In this document: positions 1-9,050 of the stretch, in pieces
How positions within the stretch are numbered: the stretch's first letter is position 1
Layout: each line of letters opens with the position of its first letter
Assembly (NCBI GenBank): GCA_023261815.1
Contig: JALNKA010000025.1
Location: 1 to 10,738, forward strand
Reading direction: 5' to 3'
From: Candidatus Wolframiiraptor sinensis
GTDB lineage: Archaea; Thermoproteota; Nitrososphaeria_A; Caldarchaeales; Wolframiiraptoraceae
DNA: 10,738 bases
The notes under the pieces: model-generated
What the model saw: the letters and a program-made list of their open reading frames with translations, nothing else
Database searches by the model: none
Told to the model about the DNA's origin: nothing
Position numbers and translations under genes: made by a program

Positions 1-28
1 AATGAATATTCCTTGGAGGAGAGGCTGC

Positions 29-463
29 TCAGCGTATTATGACGTGATCCACGTTGTGGTGCCTCTTTGCTAGGAGGCGGACGAGCTCGATCATTCTGCC
101 GGCCTTTCCGATGGCCATGGCCTTATATTTGGGGTCCACGGAGGCGACGGCTATCCTCCTTCCATCAGGCCTCTCCGCCATTCTAACGGGCTCTAGGAGC
201 TTCGCCGGCTGGAGGGCGTTCTCGATGAACTTCGCCGGATCGCTTGAGTACTCGACCATCTTCACCCTCCTCCTGATGAGCCTCGCGAAGTCCTGTATCC
301 TGAACTCTTTGCTGGAGAAGATTCTTTGAAGCTCTCCCTCTCCGATCACGAAGACCACTATATCACCATGCTCCACGCAGTCGATTATGTTCGCGCCCGT
401 GGCCGCCTCGAGGAGGGAGATGTAGCGCATCTCCTTCTCCGTCAGCTTTATCCCCTCGCTCAA
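29..463 (-). CDS. nusA: Archaeal NusA-like transcription elongation factor (two KH domains), 144 aa
   Basis: Translation has the archaeal NusA pattern (IKLTEKEMRYISLLE...IIDC...VKMVEYSSDPAKFIENALQPA...AIGKAGRMIELVRLLAKRHH). TTG start with a G-rich SD-like GAGGGGGG upstream. Conserved position after rpl30e in the archaeal RNAP operon. Confidence 0.95.
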   Translation of the reverse strand: MSEGIKLTEKEMRYISLLEAATGANIIDCVEHGDIVVFVIGEGELQRIFSSKEFRIQDFARLIRRRVKMVEYSSDPAKFIENALQPAKLLEPVRMAERPDGRRIAVASVDPKYKAMAIGKAGRMIELVRLLAKRHHNVDHVIIR

Positions 464-496
464 CGCGCGAGCCCCCCTCTTATCCCCTCCGGGAAG

Positions 497-853
497 CTAT
501 GTTATTACCTCCTCCCCGGCTTTTAATGCGAGCTCCTCAAGTATCGCTGAGCTTCCGAGATCCGTTACAGAGATGACTGCCGCGGGGAAGGGCTTTCCAG
601 CGAGATACCCTAGCTCATTTCCAGGCAGCTTCACCTTCAAGTATGGCGTCCCCGTCATCTTGCATGCCACAACTATCTCTCGTTCGAGGTTCGGCGGGCA
701 GTTTCCCGCCAAAATTATCAGCTTTGACTTTCTATGTAGCACCGAGAGCAGGGATTGCCTGAACCCGAAGATCATCTTCCCGGTTCTCAAAATTACTTCT
801 AGATGCCTTCTTAGATCCTTGACCTCCGTGGCCGGTATCTCCTGCTTGGACAT
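497..853 (-). CDS. rpl30e: 50S ribosomal protein L30e, 118 aa
   Basis: L30e motifs TGKMIFGFRQS, KLIILAGNCP, GNELGYLAGKPF, VTDLGSSAI. The ATG directly follows the rpo1 stop (TAAATG) with GGAGG just upstream. Canonical gene order. Confidence 0.96.
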   Translation of the reverse strand: MSKQEIPATEVKDLRRHLEVILRTGKMIFGFRQSLLSVLHRKSKLIILAGNCPPNLEREIVVACKMTGTPYLKVKLPGNELGYLAGKPFPAAVISVTDLGSSAILEELALKAGEEVIT

Positions 854-3800
854 TTAGCCTCCCTCCCCGCCTCCCCCAATTTTAGCTTCACCGGCCTTCC
901 TCGACCCCGATCCGTCGGCGATGCCAGGATAGCTCATCAGCAGGGATACTATTCCCGTTCCAACCTTGACCTCCTTCCCGACTATTATCCTCTCGACGTT
1001 CCCCCTGAGCTTGTCTATCTCACCCCTCACCGCCGCGTCTATCAGCGTCTGGACGCTTATCTCGAATGCCGCCCTGGCCAGCGGGCTCTCCTTAAGCCTG
1101 ACGACGCCGTGCCTCCCAATTTGCTTGACCGATCCGCTTATCGTCATCATGTCCGCCACTATCATGAGGTGGCGTATATCCACGTCGAGGCCCTGCTCAT
1201 CGAGCACGTGCTTCAGCTCCCTGACTATAGCTGTCCTAGCAGCCTCTATTCCCAGCACAGAGGCTATCTCCCTTATATTGTTCGTCCAAACCCGCCTATA
1301 ATCGACTCCTGGAATCTGCATCACCTTCTTGAGGTTTGATCCCTCAGTCAAGATGACGTACTCTCCATCTTCATACCTTACTATCGCCTTCATGATCCTC
1401 TCTATGCCTTTGACCTTGATGGACATCAGCCGCGTCTTCAGCTTCTCCAAGTCTTTCTCCTTCTCATCGGCGTAGACCGTTATGGTCTTCTCGGATCTCT
1501 CGAAGTTTAGCTTGAGCGACTTCAGGGCTTGATCTATATCCTTCACGGATACGCCTTCATCCCTCATTGCGGCCTCATCGAGGACTATTATAACCGCGTT
1601 CCTCCGGAGATCAAGGCCGACGTTCGAGGTTATGTCCTCGAGATAAGTGCACTTGATCTGCTTGGCTATCCGCTGAGCCTCCCTAATATCCTGGGCTATC
1701 TCTTTGACCAGCGGTATCCTCATCATCGGCGTTGATGGCGTTCTCCTAGCATCCACTATCTCTATCAGCCTCGGCAGCCCCCTCAGGATTGATGCCTCAT
1801 GCACTCCGGCGAAGTGGAATGTCCTCAGGGTGAGCTGAGTGCTCGGCTCGCCTATTGACTGCGCCGTGACTATCCCTATCGCCTCGCCGGGCTCTATCCT
1901 GTTCCTCAAGTACTCTCTGTATGCTTCCTTGAAGAGCAGCTCGGCGTCACCTGCGGATAGGCCGCGCCCAGAAGCCTCCCTCACGAGCGTCTCTATCACT
2001 TTTGGAGGCATCTTTCCCTCATACTGCTTTGCGAGCCTCATTAAATCCGATTCGGAGGCAGGTGTGCTCGCCGCGGAGATTCCGAGCCTATTGATTAGGA
2101 TATCCACGTTCACCGCTTCTCCATGATAGCTTTTCATCGGGTCTATTCCATCCTCGCCGTACAGGAACTGGACTATCCTCCCATCGTCCATGCTCCTAAC
2201 GCTTCCATCATACTCGATGTAGAGCGCCTCCAAGGCATTTATGAGCCTCCTCTGCATGTATCCGCTCTGCTGCGTTCTCACTGCTGTATCCACGAGACCA
2301 TCTCTTCCGCCTGCCATGTGGAAGAAGAACTCTATCGGGTCGAGGCCCTTAGTGAATGAGGCGTAGACGAATCCCCTGGCCTTCGGCGAGACATCTCCCG
2401 GTTTGAAGAATGTTAGGACCCTATCCGTGAATCCTCTCTTGATCCTCTCCCTTCTGACGGCCTGCTGGCCGACGACCGCGACCATCTGATCTATATTCAG
2501 CGGCGATCCCCTGGCGCCCGTCCTCGCCATTATCACCGCCGAGCTATCCTTCGAGATGTATTTTCTCGCTATCTTCCCGGCTTCCTCTCTGGTCTCGGAG
2601 ACCAGCTGCAGTATGTTCGACTCGAATGCCTGCTCAGGCGTCTCTCCAGGCCTAACCTCTATCCTGCCCTTCTCGTAGTCGGCTTTAAGCTTCTCAAAAA
2701 GCTTATTCATCTTCTCGAATATCTTCTCGAGCTCGTCGCGGGCCTCCTTCGGTATCTCGAGATCATCCACGCCGAAGCTGAATCCCCTTATGTTGAGGTA
2801 TGTATTGAGGAGCTTGACGAGCTTATCCATGAACTCCTTCGTCGCGTCCGGGCCGTACTCGACCATCAGCCTGTGGAGGATGCTGTTTGCCTTCTCAACG
2901 CCTATCGCGCTCTTGTCTATTACACCCCTTACCAGCTTCCCGTTCTCTATCACGACCTCTATCTCCGGCGAGAATGCCGCCTTGAACCTGTGATTGAAGC
3001 CTCTTGGAAGGAGCAGGCTGAAGAGCTGCTTGCCGCTCCACCTCGGCTCAGGCTCCTTTATCTCCGGCTCCGGGAGCTCGCCATCATACCCTATCGCCGC
3101 CAGCAGGTAGGACATCTCCTTCTTAGTCAGGTAGGTGTCGTCGCGGGTGAGGAGGTATGCTGCCGTGAGAAAGTCCCTTATCGCCCCGATTATCGGCGCA
3201 CCATAGCGCGGGGACAGCACGTTGTTCTGCACCAAGAGGAGTATTCTGGCCTCAGTCTGGGCCTCCTCGCTCTGCGGCACATGGAGATTCATCTCATCCC
3301 CATCGAAGTCGGCGTTGTAGGGCGTGCAGACGCAGAGGTTCAGCCTGAACGTCTTATATGGCAGGACCTTGACGACGTGAGCCATGATGGATATCCTGTG
3401 GAGGCTCGGCTGCCTGTTGAAGAGAACTATATCCCCGTCCATCAAGTGCCTCTCAACTATGAAGCCGGGCGCGAGAGCATTCGCCACCTCCTCCAGATCC
3501 TGGACGTAGGAGAGCCTGATCCTCCTCCCATCCGGCCTTATCACGTATTTCGCTCCGGGATACTTATTCGGCCCATTTCTCACGAGCTGCCTGAGCCTCT
3601 CGATATTCCACTCCGTGACCTTCTCCGGCACCGTGAGCTGCATCGCGACCTCCAGCGGAACCCCGACCTCATTTATGCTGATATTCGGATCCGGCGATAT
3701 GACCGTTCTCGCGGAGAAATCCACCCTCTTACCGCTCAGATTCAGCCTGAACCTCCCTTCCTTGCCCTTCAGCCTCTGGACCAGGGTCTTGAGGGGCCTC

Positions 3801-4678
3801 CCACTCCTATGCGTCGCCGGAGCTATCCCCGGAGCCTCGTTATTGATGTAGGTCGTCACGTGATATTGGAGGAGGTCCGCTAGCTCAGCTATTACTGGAG
3901 ATGGCGAGCCGGCGTTAATGTTCTCCCTGAGCCTCTGAACCACCCTGAGTATGTCGACGAGCTTGTGGGTTAGGTCGTCCTCGGACCTGAATCCCGACTC
4001 GAGGGTTATTGACGGCCTCACGTAGACCGGCGGAACTGGGAGCACTGTTAGAACCATCCACTCGGGCCTAGCCACCTCTGGGTCGAAGCCCAGAAGCCTT
4101 AGATCATCATCTCGGATCCTCTCGAGCCTCGCCCTAACCATTTGAGGCGTTAATCTCCTCCTCTCAGAGTTCATGACCTCTATGAATGTTACGGGCTTCT
4201 CGAGCTCTATCCGATACTGCTTCTCATCGCAGTATGGGCATGTCTGATTTGATATTGCCCTCTGTGCCACCCTATAGTAGAATTCCTCTGGGACTTTTCC
4301 AAGCTTCCTCAGCTCCTCGAGCTCCTCCCTGAGCTTCTCCATCTCGCTCTCTGGTATTCGAAGCCTTCCACACGATCGGCAGGTAGCTCTAAGGAGAAGA
4401 TGTATGTGCTTCACGAAGCCTACGTGGATTACCGGGACCGGCAGCTCTATGTGGCCGAAGTGGCCGGGGCATCCGAGGTACGTGTTTCCGCAGGTCTTAC
4501 ATCGCTGGCCTGGCTCAAGCGTTCCCAGCCTCGGATCCATGACTCCCGTCGGAATGGGCATGCCATCCTCGTCATAGGTGTCGGGGTTCGAGATCTCGGC
4601 GACCGACATCTTCCTTATCATCTCGGGGCTCAGGATGCCGAACTTAACGCCGATAAGCGTCTCGAGCGATGCCGCCAT
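854..4678 (-). CDS. rpoA: DNA-directed RNA polymerase largest subunit Rpo1 (A' and A'' fused in one ORF), about 1274 aa
   Basis: Zn-binding CKTC...CPGHFGHIEL, catalytic YNADFDGDEMN, bridge helix GLVDTAVRT...GYMQRRL, then in the same frame the A'' motifs PGEAIGIVTAQSIGEP...TFHFAG and VDIRHLMIVADMM. Start moved from 4723 to the ATG at 4678 (MAASLE), which has SD GGAGGTG 8 nt upstream and avoids overlap with rpo2. Confidence 0.98.
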   Translation of the reverse strand: MAASLETLIGVKFGILSPEMIRKMSVAEISNPDTYDEDGMPIPTGVMDPRLGTLEPGQRCKTCGNTYLGCPGHFGHIELPVPVIHVGFVKHIHLLLRATCRSCGRLRIPESEMEKLREELEELRKLGKVPEEFYYRVAQRAISNQTCPYCDEKQYRIELEKPVTFIEVMNSERRRLTPQMVRARLERIRDDDLRLLGFDPEVARPEWMVLTVLPVPPVYVRPSITLESGFRSEDDLTHKLVDILRVVQRLRENINAGSPSPVIAELADLLQYHVTTYINNEAPGIAPATHRSGRPLKTLVQRLKGKEGRFRLNLSGKRVDFSARTVISPDPNISINEVGVPLEVAMQLTVPEKVTEWNIERLRQLVRNGPNKYPGAKYVIRPDGRRIRLSYVQDLEEVANALAPGFIVERHLMDGDIVLFNRQPSLHRISIMAHVVKVLPYKTFRLNLCVCTPYNADFDGDEMNLHVPQSEEAQTEARILLLVQNNVLSPRYGAPIIGAIRDFLTAAYLLTRDDTYLTKKEMSYLLAAIGYDGELPEPEIKEPEPRWSGKQLFSLLLPRGFNHRFKAAFSPEIEVVIENGKLVRGVIDKSAIGVEKANSILHRLMVEYGPDATKEFMDKLVKLLNTYLNIRGFSFGVDDLEIPKEARDELEKIFEKMNKLFEKLKADYEKGRIEVRPGETPEQAFESNILQLVSETREEAGKIARKYISKDSSAVIMARTGARGSPLNIDQMVAVVGQQAVRRERIKRGFTDRVLTFFKPGDVSPKARGFVYASFTKGLDPIEFFFHMAGGRDGLVDTAVRTQQSGYMQRRLINALEALYIEYDGSVRSMDDGRIVQFLYGEDGIDPMKSYHGEAVNVDILINRLGISAASTPASESDLMRLAKQYEGKMPPKVIETLVREASGRGLSAGDAELLFKEAYREYLRNRIEPGEAIGIVTAQSIGEPSTQLTLRTFHFAGVHEASILRGLPRLIEIVDARRTPSTPMMRIPLVKEIAQDIREAQRIAKQIKCTYLEDITSNVGLDLRRNAVIIVLDEAAMRDEGVSVKDIDQALKSLKLNFERSEKTITVYADEKEKDLEKLKTRLMSIKVKGIERIMKAIVRYEDGEYVILTEGSNLKKVMQIPGVDYRRVWTNNIREIASVLGIEAARTAIVRELKHVLDEQGLDVDIRHLMIVADMMTISGSVKQIGRHGVVRLKESPLARAAFEISVQTLIDAAVRGEIDKLRGNVERIIVGKEVKVGTGIVSLLMSYPGIADGSGSRKAGEAKIGGGGEGG

Positions 4679-4683
4679 CCAGC

Positions 4684-7600
4684 TCACACCTCCTCCCCGA
4701 ATAGGAGCTTGGGATGGATGCACATGCTCATCATCTCCTCCAAGAGGAGGTAGAACGCGTATGGCAGGGTTACGACCGAGATGTCAGCATCCTTCCCGTG
4801 AACCGGGCATATGAAGCGCTCTTGCTTCAGGTCGTGGTAGGCCGGGAGCCCACAGATTTTGCAGAAGTATGCCGTATGCTTGTCGCTCTGCTCGAGTAGC
4901 CTGTCGAGCAGGAGGAAGCTCGCGCCGTGAGCTATCAGGCAGTCTCTCTCCATCTCCCCGAACTTGAGCCCTCCTCCCCTGCTCCGGCCCTCGGTGGGCT
5001 GTCTTGTCAACATCTGGACCCGGCCCCTGGCCCTCGCGTGAATCTTATCCCTAACGAGGTGATGGAGCTTCTGGTAGTAGACAATTCCTATGAATATCTC
5101 GGCCTCATACCTCTTCCCGGTTAAGCCGTCATACATCACCTCCTTGCCGGAGCTCTTGAATCCGAGCGCCTCTAGCTCTCTCCTGAGCTCATCTATCGGC
5201 TTGCCCATGAATGGTGTTCCATCGATGAATTCTCCCTTTAATGCTCCGACCTTTCCAGCAATGCTCTCGAGAAGCTGGCCTATAGTCATCCTGCTCGGGA
5301 AGGCGTGCGGGTTGATTATCAAGTCGGGCACTATGCCGCTCGCAGTGTAAGGCATATCTTCCTGGGGCAGGACCATCCCGACAACTCCCTTCTGCCCATG
5401 CCTTGACGCGAACTTGTCGCCTATCTCCGCGACGCAGAAAGACCTGACCTTAGCCTTGATCAGCTTATTGCCCTCCTCGTTCTTCGTTATGAATATTGTG
5501 TCGACGACGCCGGCTTCGGATGGTCTAACGGTTTCGGAGGCATCTCTCCAGACGAGCTCCCTGGCTGGCGCGCGCTGATATTCTTCTAGGAATCTGGGTG
5601 GGCTCTGGACTCCGACTATCACCATGCCGCCCGTCACATCTGCCTCGACGTACGCTAGGCCATCTGCGTCCAAAACCCTGTAAGCGTGCTCTCCCCTATA
5701 GCCCCTCACAGTCGGCTCCGGTATCCTAATAACGTCTTTCTCCCCTCCTATGTAGGTTCTCGCCTCCACCTCGTAAACCCTGTAGCTTAGAGAGAGAGCT
5801 AGCCCCCTCTCGACTGCCGACTTGTTGAGGACGACCGCGTCCTCCATGTTGTATCCCTGCCCTGTCAGGATCGCAACGACCATGTTCTGACCTATGGGCC
5901 TAGTGTACACGTCCAGAAGCTCCATCGCTTTCGTTATGACTATGGGCTTTTGGGGATAGACGAGGATGTGGGACCTGGAGTCCACTCTGAGATGATTGTT
6001 TATCGCGTATACTCCGAGCGCCTGCTTGCCCATGGCGCCCTCATAGATGTTTCTCGGAGACTGATTGTGCTCGGCATAGGGGATTATCGAGACGACAGCG
6101 CCCAGTATCGTGTATGGGCATATCTCGAGGTGGGTGTGCTCCTCAGACAGTTCCTCAGGCCGGAGCGCGACCATCGCATTCTCTTCCTCCTCCGCGTCCA
6201 AGAACTCTATGATCCCCATCGAGACCAGATCTCTGAATCTCAGCGTGCCCTCCTTCAATCCCTTAATGTGCTCTGCGGTCAGTAAAGGCCTACCATTCTC
6301 GACGATTATGAGTGGCCTTCTCACGCGGCCCTCATCAGTATTTATCCAAACCTCCGTTAAGTGTGGGTATTCGTATAGCGTGACGTTCACAAGATGACTT
6401 ATCTCGCCCCTCCGCCTCAACTCCCTCACCGATTTCACGAGCTTCGCGCCATCAGCATGATAGCCTATTAGGAGGCCGTCCACGAAGACCTTCGTTGGGT
6501 ATGTTCTTTTTCTCGTTATAGCCTCGGAGAGCGGTATGACGCCGAGCGAGTATAGCTTCTCGAGGAGCTCGCGCTTCCTCATGGGATGCGTTATCTCGGC
6601 CATGAGGGCGAGGTTCTTGACGAGGCCGCAGTTGCTTCCCTCAGGAGTCTCGGCCGGACATATCCTCCCCCAATGAGTTCCATGAAGATCTCTCGCCTCA
6701 AAGTGCGGCTGGCTCCTGCTGAGGGGAGACTGGACTCTGCGCAAATGGCTTATGGTCGCGAGGTGATTCGTCCTGTTTAGCAGCTGTGTTACCCCTACTC
6801 TTCCCCCGGGCCAGTTTCCCGTTGCCAGAGCATGCTTCACGAAGTCCGTTATTATGCCGGGCCTCACGAATGTGGAGATCTTTATCGGGTATCTGGAGGC
6901 CGCCGCCCGCTCGATCTGGTATCTTATGTCCCTCAGGAGCTTCATGAAAGCCATCCTGTAGAGCTCCATTAGGAGTGGGCCAGCGAGCTTAAGCCTCTTA
7001 TTAGCGTAATGGTCTCGATCCGTGAGCTTCCGGATCCCGATGCTGGTTTCCAAGAGCCTACCTATCATCTCGCAAAGGAAAATCGCCTTCTGGTACCTCG
7101 CTGCCTTATTCGTGCCAATATGAGGTAGGAAGACGCTATCTATGAGCTGCTCTGCGCGCTGAATCCTATATTCCTCCGCGTAGCCGAAGGCTATCCTATT
7201 ACCAATATATCTGAGGGCCTCCTGTTCCGTGTCTATGCCTGCTGCCTCCTCGAATGAGGGCTGGAGGAGATCTCGAACCTCCTCCAACCTGGATATCATA
7301 CTGAGAATCTCCCGGTCATTCGTCATCCCAAGCGCTCTGAGCAGTATTATCGCCGGTATACCCTTATAGATCCTGGAGAAGAAGACCTTGACCGGGCCGC
7401 CCGGCTTATATGTCACCTCGGTCCTCGCCTGCCTGCCGTGAGCAACCGAGATGACGATCGCGCTCAATTGCCCGCTATCTGTCTCCCTCTCGGTAACTAG
7501 GATCCTGTTTGGTGTTAGATCCTCTATCGCGACTATGACTCGTTCTGATCCATTTATTATGAAGTATCCTCCGGGATCCTTCGGATCCTCGCCTATCTCC

Positions 7601-8037
7601 ATCAGCTCCTCATCGCTCATCTTGGAGAGCGGGCAGATGTCGGACTTCACCATTATCGGGATTATGCCCACCTTAACCTTCTCCGGCTTCGGGGTAACAG
7701 GCTTGCCATCCAAGTAAAGCATCATCTCAACGTACAGCGGCGCGGCGTAGGTGAGATTTCGAAGCCTGCACTCCATGGGAGTTACATTCTCCCTAACCGT
7801 CCCATCGACCTCTTCGAAGATCGGCTTTCCGACCTCGGGATTCCTCATCTTAAGCACCAGCGTGCCATATTTCGTCTGAATCTCCAGATCTCCGAGAGAT
7901 TTTATCAGCTCGTTCAAGCCCTCCTTAATGAACCAATTATAGGATTTTAGATGATGCTGTACCAGCCCCTCATCCTCTAGGTATGCGCGAATTACGCTCC
8001 ATAAGTCCTCCTGGGTAAACTCAACTTGCTTAAGCAT
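4684..8037 (-). CDS. rpoB: DNA-directed RNA polymerase second-largest subunit Rpo2 (B, unsplit), 1117 aa
   Basis: Motifs DPGGYFIINGSERV, GRICPAETPEGSNCGLVKNLA, GYNMEDA, GDKFASRHGQKG, NPHAFPSRMTIGQ, GEMERDC, and C-terminal Zn finger CKIC...CPVH. SD GGAGGGA 6 nt upstream of the ATG. Confidence 0.98.
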   Translation of the reverse strand: MLKQVEFTQEDLWSVIRAYLEDEGLVQHHLKSYNWFIKEGLNELIKSLGDLEIQTKYGTLVLKMRNPEVGKPIFEEVDGTVRENVTPMECRLRNLTYAAPLYVEMMLYLDGKPVTPKPEKVKVGIIPIMVKSDICPLSKMSDEELMEIGEDPKDPGGYFIINGSERVIVAIEDLTPNRILVTERETDSGQLSAIVISVAHGRQARTEVTYKPGGPVKVFFSRIYKGIPAIILLRALGMTNDREILSMISRLEEVRDLLQPSFEEAAGIDTEQEALRYIGNRIAFGYAEEYRIQRAEQLIDSVFLPHIGTNKAARYQKAIFLCEMIGRLLETSIGIRKLTDRDHYANKRLKLAGPLLMELYRMAFMKLLRDIRYQIERAAASRYPIKISTFVRPGIITDFVKHALATGNWPGGRVGVTQLLNRTNHLATISHLRRVQSPLSRSQPHFEARDLHGTHWGRICPAETPEGSNCGLVKNLALMAEITHPMRKRELLEKLYSLGVIPLSEAITRKRTYPTKVFVDGLLIGYHADGAKLVKSVRELRRRGEISHLVNVTLYEYPHLTEVWINTDEGRVRRPLIIVENGRPLLTAEHIKGLKEGTLRFRDLVSMGIIEFLDAEEEENAMVALRPEELSEEHTHLEICPYTILGAVVSIIPYAEHNQSPRNIYEGAMGKQALGVYAINNHLRVDSRSHILVYPQKPIVITKAMELLDVYTRPIGQNMVVAILTGQGYNMEDAVVLNKSAVERGLALSLSYRVYEVEARTYIGGEKDVIRIPEPTVRGYRGEHAYRVLDADGLAYVEADVTGGMVIVGVQSPPRFLEEYQRAPARELVWRDASETVRPSEAGVVDTIFITKNEEGNKLIKAKVRSFCVAEIGDKFASRHGQKGVVGMVLPQEDMPYTASGIVPDLIINPHAFPSRMTIGQLLESIAGKVGALKGEFIDGTPFMGKPIDELRRELEALGFKSSGKEVMYDGLTGKRYEAEIFIGIVYYQKLHHLVRDKIHARARGRVQMLTRQPTEGRSRGGGLKFGEMERDCLIAHGASFLLLDRLLEQSDKHTAYFCKICGLPAYHDLKQERFICPVHGKDADISVVTLPYAFYLLLEEMMSMCIHPKLLFGEEV
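4687..4693 (-). promoter_or_regulatory. Shine-Dalgarno GGAGGTG for rpo1, embedded in the last rpo2 codons (E-E-V)
   Basis: Minus strand reads GAG GAG GTG TGA GCTGG ATG, a perfect archaeal SD 8 nt before the ATG at 4678. Confidence 0.85.
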
Positions 8038-8123
8038 CCAACATCCCTCCAGGCTCCAAGCTTTTCTCCATAAATATTATACTCGAGATTACCACTTCCC
8101 TAACCCCCTTTCTCCAGCCCCTG

Positions 8124-8138
8124 GCTTTAAGCTTTGCT
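8124..8138 (-). promoter_or_regulatory. Candidate BRE/TATA promoter of the RNAP operon
   Basis: Minus strand reads AGCAAAGCTTAAAGC, sharing the core AAGCTTAAA with the promoter at 10162-10176. An alternative AT box, TATAATATTTAT, lies at about 8070-8081, so the assignment is uncertain. Confidence 0.35.
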
Positions 8139-8404
8139 ATAATTTTAATCAGCCTCACATTTATTTATGACCCCCTCCTAATAACCACCATAACCGCTAA
8201 AGTTTCCCAAAAAAAGGTAAATAAAGCTATAAAACCAAACCTCCTTTTGAGGAGACCCTCTTACCCTTCATCAAAATACTTAATCTCGAAATGCTTGAGT
8301 GTTTATGACGTAATGAATACTCTGGATTCTTTAGACTATATGATATTGACAGCGTCTCCTTCTCATAAACATCTTCAGCAAGATTTTACAGTTTTCATAT
8401 TCTT

Positions 8405-8842
8405 ATGTTGGAGGAGATAGGCTTCCGTAGATTGAAAGAAAGCCTAGAACGTTTTCCTTGCAGCGAAGAAAATGAACAAATATTAACTATATCAGAGATG
8501 CTACTGATTCCGTTGAGCCTGAGAAATACTACTTACGCACGGCTGGCGATGGCGCTGGCGACATTAATCGTTGGAAACAGGATACGATGAATGAACTCGA
8601 TTTATTTGAGAATCCTTATGGAAGGAATGAATTGATGGGTAAACTCTTCATCTATTCATAGATAAAGGTGGGTAAGTTGGCTGGAATTAAGAGATCGCTA
8701 AAGAGTTCTAGATGAGCTAAAACTTTAGTAAAGAATTTGATAACACTTATCAACCGGGTTACTTAAAATTCTTTCCAAAATATCCTTAGAAATTTGAAGG
8801 AATCATGCAACTTCATAACGATTAACAATTGGAAGATGCGTG
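8405..8842 (+). pseudogene. Possible decayed gene remnant of unknown family
   Basis: The 61-aa ORF 8405-8590 overlaps a stop-free 61-codon stretch in another frame (8476-8661: ...NYIRDATDSVEPEKYYLRTAGDGAGDINRWKQDTMNELDLFENPYG...). Further protein-like fragments broken by stops follow (EFDNTYQPGYLKFFPKYP*). No family recognised. Confidence 0.25.
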
Positions 8843-9013
8843 ATGAGATAATAAATAGAGCCATGGGTATGTGAGATGTGGGCAACATGTGTTAGTAAAA
8901 GCAAGATTGACTCTGCCTCAAAGTAGGTAGAGTTAGAAGTATATTCGCGGCACATTATTCTTATTTCATCACAACATTCTAGAAAGAACGTGACCAGAGC
9001 ATAGCTTAGTAAG

Positions 9014-9029
9014 CGAAAAGGTATTATAG
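9014..9029 (+). promoter_or_regulatory. BRE + TATA promoter for the wHTH gene (probably leaderless)
   Basis: CGAAAAG-G-TATTATAG. The TATA-like box starts 29 nt before the GTG at 9051 and no SD is present, as expected for a leaderless archaeal mRNA. Confidence 0.55.
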
Positions 9030-9050
9030 TTTTGGCTTAATATATTTGAC

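Noticed and set aside
2873-3883. 336-aa + strand ORF and the many shorter + strand ORFs across 54-7717
   Set aside because: Antisense shadows of the conserved rpo1, rpo2, rpl30e and nusA genes, with no recognisable motifs.
4679-4723. N-terminal extension MHPSQAPIRGGGVSW of Rpo1
   Set aside because: It overlaps the rpo2 3' end. The SD and homology point to the ATG at 4678.
854-8037. Inteins or introns in the RNAP subunits
   Set aside because: Lengths are normal and the conserved motifs are contiguous.
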